Shown here piece by piece: positions 37,866 to 51,789 of a stretch of DNA of 64,000 nucleotides. The notes under the pieces are model-generated. The model ran no database searches. It was not told the DNA's origin and was given only the letters and a program-made list of their open reading frames with translations. A program made the translations under genes and the position numbers. Numbering within the stretch: the first letter of the stretch is position 1; each line of letters begins with the position of its first letter. This DNA is from Octopus vulgaris (Eukaryota), in the NCBI GenBank assembly GCA_951406725.2, contig OX597825.1:46748001-46812000 (forward strand), read 5' to 3'.

Positions 37866-38254
37866 AAATATAAATTAGAGTTATTATATTCCATAAAGAA
37901 TCAAGGCATATCAACATGAAGCATGCCATTAATGGCTAGATAGAATCATGCAATGTAGACAGGGAAGACATCAATGAAGTTAAGACACTGTTGCTGGGAA
38001 ATCTGAAATTGCAATGGTATACAAAAATGATCAAAACATATAGCGTGGAATAAAATAGTTCACTTGACATTTCAGTGATAAGGTCTCAGTTAAAAGCAGC
38101 AGCTAACTTCAAATGTCCCCGTTATTCTATAAACAAGTATAATCGTCATGAAAATAAGAATAAGTTACAAAAAATTAAAAATAATATCAATAATAATACA
38201 ATCACTGGAGAAAATCTTAATTCTTATGTTTGTAGATAATAAGTAAATGTTTAT

Positions 38255-38300
38255 TCACTTGACCGGTTTCACTTTTTTAGAAAAATATTGTCAAAAGTAA
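38255..38300 (-). ncRNA. Minimal hammerhead, U3-A8 variant, in an ORF-less tail (about 37870-39500)
   Basis: TTACTT-TTGACAA-tATTTTT cta AAAAAGT-GAAA-CCGG-TC-AAGTGA. Confidence 0.68.
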
Positions 38301-39574
38301 AAAGTAAAGCTTTGTATAAGCCTTGTTGTGTTAAGTAGTGGTTGTCACAAAAGTATTAAAATACATATATACATTCTTTGATAATAATAAGAAAACAATG
38401 AAAACAGTTTACAAGAAAGTATTTAAGAAAATATTCAACAAAAACTATTAGGAGTTCAATAAAAATCATGTTTGTTTGGTAGTATATATATATACACACA
38501 GAATGAGATATATTTAAGAATTTACAAAAAATTGGAGAGGAGCCAACCTGTCTTTTTGGCATTTTTCTGTCTTGTGTGTAGCTAAGGAATGTTTGCTATT
38601 TTTAGGGACAGTGTAGGAGGTTGGTTGGGTGGGGGGTAAGGAGGAGCAATGTGGAATTAAAAGGATGTTTTCGTTTCTGGGCTTGTCTGTCATGGTTCAG
38701 TGGATTTGGGACTGGTCTTAGAGGTCAGAATGATGTGAGTGTGTGTGTCTCTGTGCACGTCTCTATGTGTGTGTGTATACATGTGTTTGTGTTTGTGGGC
38801 CTTTTTTGATTGGTCTCAGAGATTATGGCGTGTGTATATGGGTCTGTTTGTGTTTTATATTTGGTAGGATGGTGTGTGTATATGTGTGCATGCTTGTGTG
38901 TGTATGTGTGTGATTAATATTTGTTAGGGTGTTAGTGTGTGCGCATGTATTTGTTCGCGCGTGTGTATGTGTGCGTCTGTATGTTTGCGTGTTTTGTGCT
39001 GGTGGGAATGTTATGTGTGTGTACGTGAGTGTGTGTGTACGTGAGTGTGTGTGTCTCTGAGTATGTTTGTGTTGTTATAATTGTTCTGGTGGTGGTGTGT
39101 GTGTGTATGTGTGTGAATGGTATTTGTCAGGGTGTTGTGTGTGTTTATGTATTTGTTCGCATGTGTGTATGTGTGCGTCAGTGTGTGTGCGTATGTACGT
39201 TTGTGTGTTTTGTGTTGGTGGGGATGTTATGTGTGTGTACGTGTGTGTGTGTGTGTGTCTCTCTGAGTATTTTGTGTTTTAATCGTCCTTGTCTGTGTGT
39301 GTGTGAGGGTGCATATGTATGTGTGCGTCTGTTTGTGCGTGTGTATGTTTGTGTGTTTTGTGTTGGTGGGGATGTTATGTGTGTGTATGTGAGTATGTGT
39401 GTGTCTCTGCCATTAATTATTTTTCTCACACGCATACACCCTTGTTTGTACACACATACACATTATGTATGCATGACGTCCTGTCTGTTGTCTATTATTA
39501 TTATTATTATGATTATTATCATCATTATGTATGTACTTATGACGCACACACAGACACAGACACATGTTAACACC

Positions 39575-40703
39575 TAAATAAAGACTTTAGTCGAAGAAAT
39601 CGACCCCTGGACTTATTCCTCGTAAGCCGTTGATTCAATTACTGACCCAGAACAAGTCATGGTGTACCCTACCGAATTTCTTAACTCACAAGAACCATTG
39701 GGTTTGCTACCCCATAAACTCTGCCTCAAGGTTGGAAGTCCCATTATTCTCCTCCAAAACTTGGAACCCCCACGACTTTGCAATGGCACTCGGTTGGTTC
39801 TCACCCAACTTTTGGATGACGTTCTCGAGGCAAAAGTTATCACGGGTCAAGGAGCAGGGGATGTTTTTTTTATTTCCCGCATGCCATTGATTCCGTCGGA
39901 CTGTGTTTATCCAATGAAACGCATTCAATTCCCTATTCGCCTGAGCTTCGCGATGACCATCAACAAAGTACAGGGGCAGTCATTGAAAGTTGTGGGATTG
40001 GACCTCAGTACTCCCTACTTTTCGCATGGAAAACTGTATGTGGGCTGTTTGACAAACCTTTTTTACTACGCTCCAGATGGAGTAACAAGGAATGTGGTTT
40101 ACAAGGCTGCGCTCCACTAGCTTTTCCATGCCCTTGAACATCCCGTAAAGTAAGTTAGCTTAAAATTAGTTACTTAGTTCCCTAGGTTGTTGTTTTTCAT
40201 CAAAAATCGCCCCTAGTTGATTTCCTACATGTTTTATAGGATAAACTTATTATTGTCCCAGGTATGTTCTCATAAATTCATCATGCTTTTCCATCTAGAT
40301 TTACCTCCAACTAACCCATTTGCATGCTTCGTTTTTGTCCTGCTTTTCTTTCGTCAACCTGTACATAACTGCACCTTCCATTTTTTGTTGTTTTTGTACT
40401 GCTTAAAGGCACGTTTCTTTCCTGCCAAGCTAACTATTTAAACCATGTTTCCCAGTCAAACAGCCTTATCATTACTGGTACTTTAAACTCTTCGGTTGCA
40501 TATTTGTGTGAATAAAATCGTTTTTCTTTGGAATAGAAAAAAATCTATCTTTATTTCTTCTTTTGCTGGTGTCTCAAATTTAGGTTAAATCAGTGTTTCT
40601 CAAAGGGGAGGCCTATGGGACGGTCGGACAAGTCATTTTGAAAAATTTGGTTTAAATGTTTGATAACTCAGCACCGTCCATTGGACGGGGTGCATTTTGC
40701 TCA
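39575..40703 (+). mobile_element. Helitron 3' end (PIF1-like helicase C-terminus)
   Basis: ORF 39659-40120 has LCNGTRL, QFPIRLSFAMTINKVQGQSL and FSHGKLYVG; subterminal hairpin GCACCGTCC-ATT-GGACGGGGTGC at 40671-40693. Confidence 0.92.
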
Positions 40704-40836
40704 TATATATATATGACAGACGCTTCTTTCAGTTTCTGTCCACCAAATTTACTCACAAGGCTTTAGTTGGCCCGAGGTTATAATAGAGTACCTCGGTGAT
40801 ATTCTCACTGCTTGAGAGATATAATACAAATAACGT

Positions 40837-41740
40837 TGTGGCAGATAGCAGCCATCCTTCGGTGCTTAGGTCATGTTGTGTCCGCTACTCTGATTGGTTT
40901 GCTTTGGTGCAGTTTTATCTCTTTGCGTCAACCAATCGTAACCTTCAGATAAGGTCCCGAGACACTGTTTTTCTAATATCTTGTTTGAGCCAACTAAACC
41001 CTTTAAAAAGGCTAGATCAACAGACCATTTCGTCTTTTGGTCCTAGACCATTGACCACAGAGCATCCAGTGACAGACCAGCCTGTTCGAGCGACTTCAGC
41101 CATGTTCCTGCGACAGACAGTGATGACACCAGCATGAAGCAACTCAGGACTTTTCTCCACCATCGCCTTAAGCTTATCCTCGTCCTTCAACTTCACGTCG
41201 TCTACACCAACATCAATATGTACACACCAACATCAATACCGTTCCAGGTTTAACGCTGTTTGTGAATACTCACCAAGGTTAACAGCTCCAGTCTACCTGT
41301 GAGAACTTCTGTACCAAGTAACCCGGTATAAGATTGAAGCCTCAACCGCTTACTAGACATGAATTTCAACTGGCTCTCCACTTTGACACCAACCTCTCTG
41401 TTACAGAACTAACTATGGTCTGTCTTACACCAAACTGGTATTTATCAACATCTTGTCGGAGCATTCATCTAGCGGATTCTGTTATAGACTCTTTCTATGC
41501 TCTGTATTGTATTATCTTGCACTGTTATCACACACACGGACACACTCTATGAACACATGGACACACACTTGTCGTATTTATAGACAAACACTCTGTTCCT
41601 CACGAACACATCTAAATAAAATCTTCTTCTCTTATACATTATACGGTTGTATTTTTCTCTTTATTCTTTACTGGCATTCTTTATTCATTTATCCATTGTA
41701 TTTTGGCTTCTTTTATAGGCGACCGTGTGGAGTTCACAAA
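40837..41740 (+). mobile_element. Possible solo-LTR-like repeat
   Basis: TGT...ACA bounded, ORF-less, CCAAT near the 5' end and AATAAA near 41615; no TSD found. Confidence 0.3.
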
Positions 41741-41966
41741 GGAGACATTTGTCATCATTCTCCTTTATGTACGGTCGCTCTACAAGTTAATGCTAATTTC
41801 ATGATTGTAATATTACTATACATGCACAGCATGTTTTGTTTATTGTAATATAGACATCATCCTATCTAACCTATTATGTTATAAAAAATATAACAGTCAT
41901 TGGGGATTTATTTAGTGATGTCTGTAATTTATGAACACCATATATATATATATATATAATATATAT

Positions 41967-42017
<51 letters not shown>

Positions 42018-42941
42018 TATATAATCAGGTTATACAATAAGGTGTTATACCCAAAGACTTGTGTAGCAGCATTTTAGTCAACTTTTACAAGGATTAAAGG
42101 TATACTTTAGGCAGAAGTAAATACAAATGTATCAGGTCATGAAAATTGCAAAGGGAGTTATAACCCAGTTAATTAGGAAGAGAATTACACAAGATTGGAT
42201 GCAGTTTGGTTTTTTGATCGAGAAAAGAAGTACTAGATACTATCTACCAAGTAAGACAACTGTAGGATCATTTAGCCAAGAGTAAACCATTGTACTTGAC
42301 ACTTGTTGACCTTGAGAAAACTTTCAACAGAGTTCCTTACTCTATAAACTGGTGATCTCTGAGGCAGCTAGGAATAGATTAATGGCTTGTGAAAGCTGTA
42401 CAGGGGAGCTGTCAGTAATGTGAGAGCTAGCCAGAAGTTCAGAGATGAATTTAGAGAGTAGTTAGTTCACCAAAGCTCAGTTATCAGTCCCTTCCTATTT
42501 ATCACTGTTCTTCAGGCCATAATAGAGGAATTTAACACCTAGAAACTACTATATGCTGATGATCTCATTCTCATAGAATTTGTATTAGAAATTGTATTCC
42601 AGGGGTGGACCAATGTTTTAGTAAACAGGAAAACATACAAGATGGCCCTTTTCAAGCAAATGGCCCTGTTTGATATGCAAGAAAGGTGTGGGGAGGAATT
42701 CCATACTGTGTGCCCAGTGTAAGCTATGAACACAAGGGGTGCAGTGTTATCACAAGAAGGCTAACAGAGAAAATAGTCTTTGTATATGGAAAATGCATGG
42801 GATCAATGAACAAGGGAACTAGGTTTTCTCAAATGCACAGAAGATTCCCTGGAGGTAGTAGATAGTTTCTGTGACCCAATTAGCTGTGGGAAAGAATGTT
42901 CTGAAAGTATAGTTGCTAGAATAAAAATAGGATGAAGAAAC

Positions 42942-43174
42942 ACTATTCTATATTTTTGAGATGAGGAATTATGTACATTATTTACAATGTATGGATAGGT
43001 GTCCTCATCTTGTTTCTTGTTACCACAACGTTTAGGCTGATGTACTCAACAGCTTTCATCAAGTAGTCTGAGTTCGAAATTCCACCAGAACACCAGATGA
43101 AGGCTGGAGAGTACATCATCCAAAATGTTGTGATAACAACAGACAAGATGACACCTATCCATCCACTGTAAATA
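42942..43174. mobile_element. About 235-bp hairpin element made of two inverted HHR-bearing tails
   Basis: Arms 42979-43063 and 43092-43174; duplicated flank GGATGAAGAAA / GGATGATGAAA. Confidence 0.7.
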
Positions 43175-43444
43175 AGGATGATGAAAGTCCAGAGCTATTA
43201 CTTCCTTTGACAACAAATAGACTATCTCAGTGAAAGGTAGATGATATAATATGTGTACAAATAGCAATGTTACATGGCAGTGAAATGTGGGTACTGAATG
43301 CAGGGGACCTGCAAAAACTAGAGGAGAATGAAGCTAGTATGCTCCATTAGATGTGCAATATCAGTGCACATTTACAGCAAAGTGTTAAGGTATTGACAAA
43401 AAAAACAAAGTATAAGAGGAATGAGATGTAGTGTGCAAGAGAGA

Positions 43445-43737
43445 TAATAATAATAATGAAATTATTGTATACAGTGCTCAGGTGCACCACAACTTGTCAG
43501 AAAGTGCATATAAAGTACATGCAGTAATGTAGAAATGTCTGGAAAGCGAACAATGTATGAGTCAGATACATGCTTGTGTGTGTATGGAGGGGAGAAAATC
43601 AAGTGTAGTGTTGGCGAATCTCAGGAAGCATGGAAGTTTTGAAGGATGCAGTGCTCCGACAACTAACAACCGATGCCGGCAGTTTGTTCCATGCTTCAGC
43701 AACTCTCAGTGTGAAAAAATGTTTCCTGAAGTCATGA
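43445..43737 (-). mobile_element. CR1-like LINE 3' fragment
   Basis: FRKHFFTLRVAEAWNKLP on the minus strand, ending in an (ATT)n tail. Confidence 0.7.
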
Positions 43738-45962
43738 TTGCATTAGTTTAGTCATGTGGGTGTATGAATGAGGACACCTCCATAAAGTAGTGCCAGCCAT
43801 TCAAGTGGATGAAAATTGCAGAAAAGGGATAGAGTAGTAAAGGCTGATCTCAAGATGTCAAGCCTCACAAGCCTCACATAGGAACAGGAGGATTAGTGAT
43901 TTGCTGTGCTCAGGAAAACCCAACACAGAAGAAATTATGCAGTAAAAGCATTCTGTTTATGCTTGTCACCCATCTTGCTCTGTCAAGCATTCCCCTAACA
44001 CCCAGCCCTCTACCACTCCTTGATGGTTGGCACTACTTGATGGTTGTTATTGCTTGAAGGTAGTATCAGCATATATTACACCTACCCCTTTCTTTGTAAT
44101 ACCATTTACCTTTTCCCTGGAACTACTTCAATTCCTTATCTTTATTACTCTCCCTTCACTAATTATTTTCATCAACTATCACCTTTCTGCACCAACTCTG
44201 TTTTAACAGCTCACATGTCTACTATCTTTCTGTATCCTCTATTATCCATCAACACACCCCACTCACGAAAGCTGCCCACATGTACCCTGCATTTCCCTTA
44301 TCACCACTCTTACACCTCACCCATCATCTCCCTACCATCTGATCTATCCTTCTTGGGTCACTTCTATCTCTTCTATTTTGTATCCCTCCATACTGATATT
44401 TTCCTTCAATTGTTCTTCCACTCTTGTTCATCACTACTTTCACCTCTAACCAACTGTTACTCTCCCTTCACACTCTCTTCTCTCTTCCCACGGACTACTG
44501 TCTGTGTCCTCTTTTATGCTCATCTTTTTGTAGTTTGAGAGTTTGCCCTGGCACTCAATCTCCACCATCTTTTATTCCCTTCTTGACTACTTTCACCCAT
44601 CCTTATATATAACATAGGGTAGTGCTCTATCCCTTATACAGCAAGACACCTGTGCTTGTCCAGTTATAATTTAGCATTTCAACACCTCACACAAAGCCAC
44701 TTCCTCCAACCATATATTCACCCTGATATACTAAGAAGCAAGAACATTTTCCTTTTCTTTTTTCTCTGTCCTTTTTTGCTGTATTGCAAAATTACTTAGC
44801 AACCCCACTAGTACCAGAGTCATGAAAACAACATCCAGTTAGAGCATCCAGCCAAAACTAACGCTAGAATTCAGCACAACCCTGTGGCTTGCTAGATCCT
44901 GTCAAACCATGAAATAAGGATGATGATGACACTTGTTTTAACACATTTTCACTGAAGGTACACTCTAACACATCTGTCTCTCTCTTCTCTCTCTTCTCTC
45001 TTTTGCAACTGAAGTACCCTAGTATCTGCTCTACAGCAAGATTCTGATTCTGTCCCTCCCATCAACTGGCACAAACCAACCTCCTTCAATACTACCCACT
45101 TTTCAGTTGATGGGTCTTTGTCTTGCAAGTTACTTGGTGGCCTCATTGGTGCTGGTGTTGCATAAAAAGTACCCAGTATACTCTGTAAAGTGGTTAGAAT
45201 TAAGAAGGGCATCTTGCCACAGAAATCATGGCAAAGCAAACTACAGCTTGAAACTGACCTCTGCTATGCCAGCTTCCATCCCATGCCAGCATGGAAATAG
45301 ACATCTTTCCAGGCTCAATTTTGTTATCCTCTTCAGAGTTTCAAAACCAGAAATAAGGCTTGTAGTGCCTCACTATCAGGAAAAATTTATGAATTAAAAC
45401 ACCAGGATATATATTTTTTGTTCACTTAGTCTAATGTAAAATGGGAATGGAAATTGATGCATTTTGTGCTATACTGAAGTAAGGGAAATAATGGATTGCA
45501 AAAATAATATTATTAATGAATTTGATGAGGTTTTGAAGAGATGCGCACATAGGCTGAGAAGAACATTCTTATATAATAGCATGTAATAATTCAGTTAGTT
45601 AGAAATAAAGCTATTTTCATTTGAATGATTATACAGAGCATTTATACAACTAAACTTAAAATATGGCTTTATTATGGAGATGTTCGCTGATTTATACTCA
45701 GTAATGCATGGTTTTTGCAGCTGGTACCTTTCCAAATGCCAATCACTTTACAGTGTGGGCTGGATGCTTTTTACATGGCACCAGCACTGGCAGGCTCACC
45801 AAGGAACTTGCAAGACAAGGAATTTTGAGAAAGGAGGTGTCATTAGAAGAGGTAATCTTGTGTCAGATGAGGAAAGATTAGAGTGTGACAGAGAGACAGA
45901 GGCAGAAGCAGGTGTGCTGTTGTACAGGAGATATATGGATACTAAGCCAGAGAGAAGAGCAA

Positions 45963-46008
<46 letters not shown>

Positions 46009-46429
46009 AGGAGAGAGATGATGGTGAAGTGCCAGGGTGGGCTCACAAGGAATGGGGTTCAGAGCATAGATGGGATGATAGAGTAAGGAAGAGAGAGGTA
46101 AATGATAGAAATTGCCAAGGCATGCCCTCAAGGTATGGGATCATAATATGTGTGGCCAGGTATTGCCAAGAAGGCGTGAGTAGGGAGTGGGGGTGGGAAT
46201 TGCAATTACTGGTGAGAACCTGAGTATAAGGAGTAGGATGGGGAAAGCAGCAATACAGTGAGCAGGGATGGGGAGTAGGAGGAAATCATAGTGTATGAAG
46301 AGGAAATGTGAAGATGAAAAAGATACAGTTTGGGAGCGGTGATGTAGTTTGGATTCTAGGGGTAGGGTATATGAAAATTTTATTGTTACCTGTGGGTGGG
46401 ACACAACACTTCTGGAACTCAGTTGTGGA

Positions 46430-47350
46430 TCTTCTCTAGAACCTCATAGCACCAGACATCTCGGTCCATTGTCAATTCCTCCATGAGCCCTAACATCCTA
46501 AGATTTGTCCTCACCACTTCATCCCATGTCCTCCTGGGTCTCCCTCTTCCATAGGTACCATCCACTTCCTTATACAACTGTCTTCATTCATATGCATCAC
46601 ATACCCTAACCAACATAGTCTTCTCTCCTGCACACCACATTTAATTCTTCTTATTCCCAACTTTTCTCACAACAGAATTACACTTTGCTGTTCATGCACA
46701 CTGATGTTACACATCCAGCAGATCATACCACCCTCATTTCTCTCCAGCCTAAGTATGTTTCACTACCATAGAATATAGCCTAATCCTTGGTGAACCTCTA
46801 CTTCTATGCCCACCTTACTGATGGCACTGCTGTACATGGCTTTTATGGTTCTAATAAGCCACTCCTCTACTCCTAGCTTCCATAGAGACCACCAAATAAG
46901 AGAGCAGGAAATTCTGTCAAAATATTTCTCCAGATCAACAAAAGGTTTTCTTTTCACTATATACTTCTCTTACAACTGTCTTGCTAGGAAGATGGCATCT
47001 GTGGTATTCCTCCCAGGAACAAAACCAAACTGCATCTCACCAAGTTTCATTCTATTCCTAATCAATTGAGCTATAACCATCTCTATAACTTTCATGACCA
47101 GGTCCAGCAATTTGATACCTCTGTATTTGTTTCTATCTATGGCATTACTTTTATCCTTGTAGCAGCTAACTATAATATTGCTACACTAGTCATTGGGGAT
47201 GATACCTTCCTACACAACGTGATTAACTATGAAAGTGACAAAGCAGTATCTCACACTGATATTTTAACCATCTCGGCAGTATTACCCAATGGTCCAGGAG
47301 CTTTCTCTGTCTTCATAACCTTAATTGCCTTATCTATAATACTGCTATAG
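46430..47350 (-). mobile_element. RTE LINE fragment
   Basis: QFGFVPGRNTTDAIF, FVDLEKYFDR and RGRPRRTW. Confidence 0.85.
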
Positions 47351-47369
47351 TTTATATATTTATATAGTT

Positions 47370-47585
47370 TACTCTTTTACTTGTTTCAGTCATTTGACTG
47401 CGGCCATGCAGGAGTACCACCTTTAGTCAAGCAAATCAACCCCAGGACTTATTCTTTGTAAGCCTAGTACTTATTCTATCGGTCTTTTTGCTGAACTGTT
47501 AAGTTACGGGGACATAAACTCACCACCATCGGTTGTCAAGCGATGTTGGGGGGACAAACACAAACACATAAACATACACACATAT
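47370..47585 (-). mobile_element. SINE family B, 3' half
   Basis: Matches 37418-37625; the 5' half lies at 48215-48372, split at its internal TA tract by a PLE tail. Confidence 0.85.
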
Positions 47586-47617
47586 CCATATATATATATA
47601 TATATTATATATATATA

Positions 47618-48110
47618 TACTTTATAATAGGGTTCAGCAAAGATTTGCTTTACCACATACCGAAGTTTAGAAATAGCAGCCAAAAAACCTTAGCTATTTC
47701 CTCTACTTTAAAAAGAGACTCCCAGAAAAAACAAATTACTCGGAAACAATCCATGCTGATGAAGAAAATGTTCGGGTAAGTTATAAATTACACATTCTTT
47801 ATACCGATCTAATTCCGAAACGTGTACATGGGTAATCTAATATCGATTGATTTTCATTATTTTTCCTCTCTGCCTTCGTGGATTGTTTTCGAGCAATTTG
47901 GTTTTTCCGGGAGTCTCTTTTTAAAGTAGAGGAAATAGCTAAGGTTTTTTGGCTGCTATTTCTAAACTTCAGTATGTGGTAAAGCAAATCTTTGCTGGAC
48001 CCTATTATAAAGTATTACTTTAGTTTACCGTGAAATGGTCCTTTTCAGGCCGAATTCTACTTGGTGAAATTATTGATTACTAGTTAATTAATTAATTTTA
48101 CCCTTTGTTA
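47618..48110 (+). mobile_element. ORF-less PLE tail with a 136-bp inverted arm enclosing an HHR
   Basis: Arms 47618-47753 and 47879-48014. Confidence 0.8.
47751..47831 (+). ncRNA. Minimal hammerhead with long stem II
   Basis: CCATG-CTGATGA-long stem II (TCGG../..CCGA)-GAAA-CGTG-TA-CATGG. Confidence 0.75.
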
Positions 48111-48116
48111 TTATTG

Positions 48117-48214
<98 letters not shown>

Positions 48215-48372
48215 TACCATGGGCTTCTTTCAGTTTCCATTCACCAAATCCACTCACAAGGCTTTGGTCGGCCCGAAGCCATAGTAGAAGACACTTGCCC
48301 AAGGTGCCACACTGTGGGAATGAACCTGCAACCATGTGGTTGGTAAGCAAGCTACTTACCACTCAGCCACAT
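48215..48372 (-). mobile_element. SINE family B, 5' half
   Basis: Matches 37660-37812. Confidence 0.85.
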
Positions 48373-48985
48373 GTGTGCATGTGTGTGTGTGTGTGTGCGT
48401 GCATATAGATGTGAATAAATCCATATACACAAAACACCACATGATATTTAAACTGAAACAGTATATATACTAATTCATGAATATATACATAAACTTATAA
48501 AATATACACAAATCCATAATAGATGCTGTTATTAAACACTGAAATTTTTATTACCCCAAAGCATGTGATAAACATTTGACAAACAAGTGCACATGTATGT
48601 AAATATGAACTATTAAGTGCACAAATTTTTAAATTGTAAGATTTTAATGCAAGTATGTGCAAACATCAATATAGGTGAAGAAAATTTCAATTTTTTGAAG
48701 TCATATTCAAGGGAGATGATCATCCAAGAGTTGTTCCCCCTCGTAACTTATAATTCCGTTTACACAAGTCTCATGATTTTTAACATGATTTTAGGCGACT
48801 TTTCTGTCTTAATGGAGATAAACATTGATGTTCCATGTGATATGCTTGATAAATGTTAAGGCCTTCCTCAACACACACACACACACACACGTATGTATAG
48901 ATATATTTATATTCATACATATATACATACATACATACATACGCACACACACACACAAATATACATATACATATATTCATATACA

Positions 48986-49031
<46 letters not shown>

Positions 49032-49159
49032 GCATATATATGTATTCATATCTATGCTAGTATATACTCTGTGAAGCTATACAATAGCGTCGTATTTATT
49101 AGGATTGCTATTTTCCAGTAAATATTGGTGCCTTGTTGTACCATTTACCTACTTTTATA

Positions 49160-49219
<60 letters not shown>

Positions 49220-49229
49220 TACGCATATA

Positions 49230-49515
49230 AGATGAGAATGTCTGTCAGTGTGAATCCCTAAAACTTGAGAATTACATAACTGATTTCATTCAAATTTTAC
49301 ACATGCCTTACTTAGGGTCCATGTGTGTCATGGGCCCAAAAAATATTCAACTTCTTGCCTAATGCAAGCCCAGAGCAATCTCATCTCTTACACTATTTCA
49401 GTATTGCGTGTCAAAACTGAAACAATAGAATCTTTCTATTGTGATGTGGGAGACTTTCAGTTTATTAGTTTCACTATTAATACAGAAACTATTAAAGTGA
49501 AACTATTACCTCCGA
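49230..49515 (+). mobile_element. Possible non-autonomous Helitron-type fragment
   Basis: GAATGTCTGTC..GATTTCATTCAAATTTTACAC resembles such elements; no terminal hairpin seen. Confidence 0.3.
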
Positions 49516-49716
49516 TATATATATATCTCACATATATACATGTATGCATGCATACATACACTTATACATACATACATACATACATACATACATACATACA
49601 TACATACATACATACATACATACATACATACATACATACGTACATACATACATAAATATATATTATGTATATAGATAAACTGACTTGGACATGGATACAT
49701 GGTATTCAATAAAATG

Positions 49717-49761
<45 letters not shown>

Positions 49762-49824
49762 AATAATATATAAATATATGCAATATATACTTACATATAT
49801 GTACATGCCTTCATATATGTATAT

Positions 49825-51780
49825 ATGCATGCATATATGGGTACAAGATATAAAAAAACGTTGAACACAATGAAAAACGAAAATATAAAAACAAAAACAT
49901 AGAAACAAACTTTTTTTCGAAAAACGAAACAAAAAACAAACAAACAGAGAAACGAGACATACAATATAAAGAATATTCCCCTTCTTCAGTTGTCACTGTT
50001 TCATCTACTCCACGTTTCGAGTTATTGTGACTGTTATGCGTTATATAGTTGGTATTATCGATGTCTCTTGTGTTGCTATATGGGTCTCCGTCAATATTTG
50101 TGGGCTGATTTTTCATGTTCTTCGTACGCTGTTTTAGCTTCCGATTATTAATCATATGAATGTGGTGCTCCATGTTTGGTGAATTTGCACACAACAGTTT
50201 TACAGTATGCCGGTTTAATAATTGGCTGTATGTACCGTTTTTTTGGAAGCAACGATCGAGTGCAGCGAAGAACTGTTTCACGATACGTGATGAGGCACTC
50301 GAGCCCCAGATTACGTTCTACCAGAGGACTCCATGTTTTTTGTATTTCCTATTGGGTTTATTTGTTCGGATGTCTGGAGTGCTATTGCAATTTTGTGATA
50401 TTCTGTGTTTAGCGGAGCTGATGTGTTGACCGTCCTATTTGTCTCTATCCAATCATGTACCTAATTCTGTTTGTTCTCTTCATATGGTTTGGGTCGTTTG
50501 AATCCAGGTTTTGATCATTGTACGTGTTGTGTTTGGTGGGGTTATTCCAGGAGTTGCCTCGGTTATTACTATAATTATTATTACTACTCGTGTATTGTAT
50601 CTTCACGCTGTAGCCAGCCGTCGCTAGAGCGGTGTTATAATAGGGTGCATGTTAATCGAATATCGCTTCAGTAGTTGACAGTTTGGATATTCTGGCCGAG
50701 ATATTCTTTACTAGTCCCTTTATAATAAACAGTGGATGATTGGATCTAACGTTTATATATCTTAGGTTCTCATTGGGTTTATGAAAGGGTTCACACAACC
50801 CAGTATTTAAATTGGAAGTGGCATCTAAGGAATTCACCCTACGGTATTCATTGTTTATGGTGATTGGGAGTCCGAAGTTTAAAATATTTGAATAAAGATA
50901 TTTTGTGCTTTTCCAGCTCAACTTTACTGTTTCTATTTCCCTGTACAGACCTCTGCAGACTCCTAGGAAATAGGACTGGATTAGTGATAGGGTATAGACT
51001 CCGACTTGGTCGGTGACTAGTGCAGAATCCGAGGATCTCATCTCTATACCAAACGCATCCAGTCTATCCAACTTGTTCCAAAGTTTGCTATCAAAATCTA
51101 CTAGGCTTCTGCGCGCCACTAGTATTACGTCGATCTCATGTCTAGAGAGATCTGAGTTATTCCTAGTGTAGATTAATGCCTTATTTAGGAGAATGGAGTT
51201 CGCATAATATCCTTCAATGTCTAGTTGAATGAAATTACCGTGTTTATTTATTTCTAGTTGTTTAAACCACCCGATTACCTCTTGTGTGTCTGGCTACAGT
51301 GCTAGTGTATTTTATGATCTTAGTTTTGATATCATTCCATTTGTTATCGTCTTACTTATCCTCCTGATGTCCGGGGCAGATGAGTCTAACTGAGGGGCTC
51401 TGCAAAAATTCGGTCTATTGTCTTTCAGTGTTATCCGAGGTTTTCTAGGAGGTGTATAAGATTCAGTGCTATCGTGTATATCCAGATGGCTCACTATTTC
51501 AAATCTTCTTCTATTGATTCTATTTAGCGTGTCTACATCTGTGTGTCTATATTTACCACATAGTTCCTTTCGTCTTAAATTCTCATGAAGCTCGAAATCA
51601 ACAATGCAAATATTACCGGTGTTCTCCACTGGTACAAGTATTCCTGTGACCTTTTCAAACTCATAAAGTAGCTTCCTTAGTTTTTGCTGGTGTGGGTTCT
51701 TCCTTCTAGGATTTTTTCTGAATTCTACACTTTTGACGATGTGTAACTCTTCTGGATCTTTGTCTTGACCCAAGGAACTC
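49825..51780 (-). mobile_element. Naiad-like PLE, decayed RT and tail
   Basis: KPRITLKDNRPNF..IRRISK, PFHKPNENLRYINVRSNHP and LNRHTVKLLCANSPNM. Confidence 0.8.
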
Positions 51781-51789
51781 CAACTGGTT

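Larger units (their letters stand above)
42025..43900 (+). mobile_element. Heavily decayed RTE LINE, interrupted by two insertions
   Basis: Relics of QFGF, VDLEKTFNRVP, HQSSVISP, LYADDL and LHGSEMW. Confidence 0.75.
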
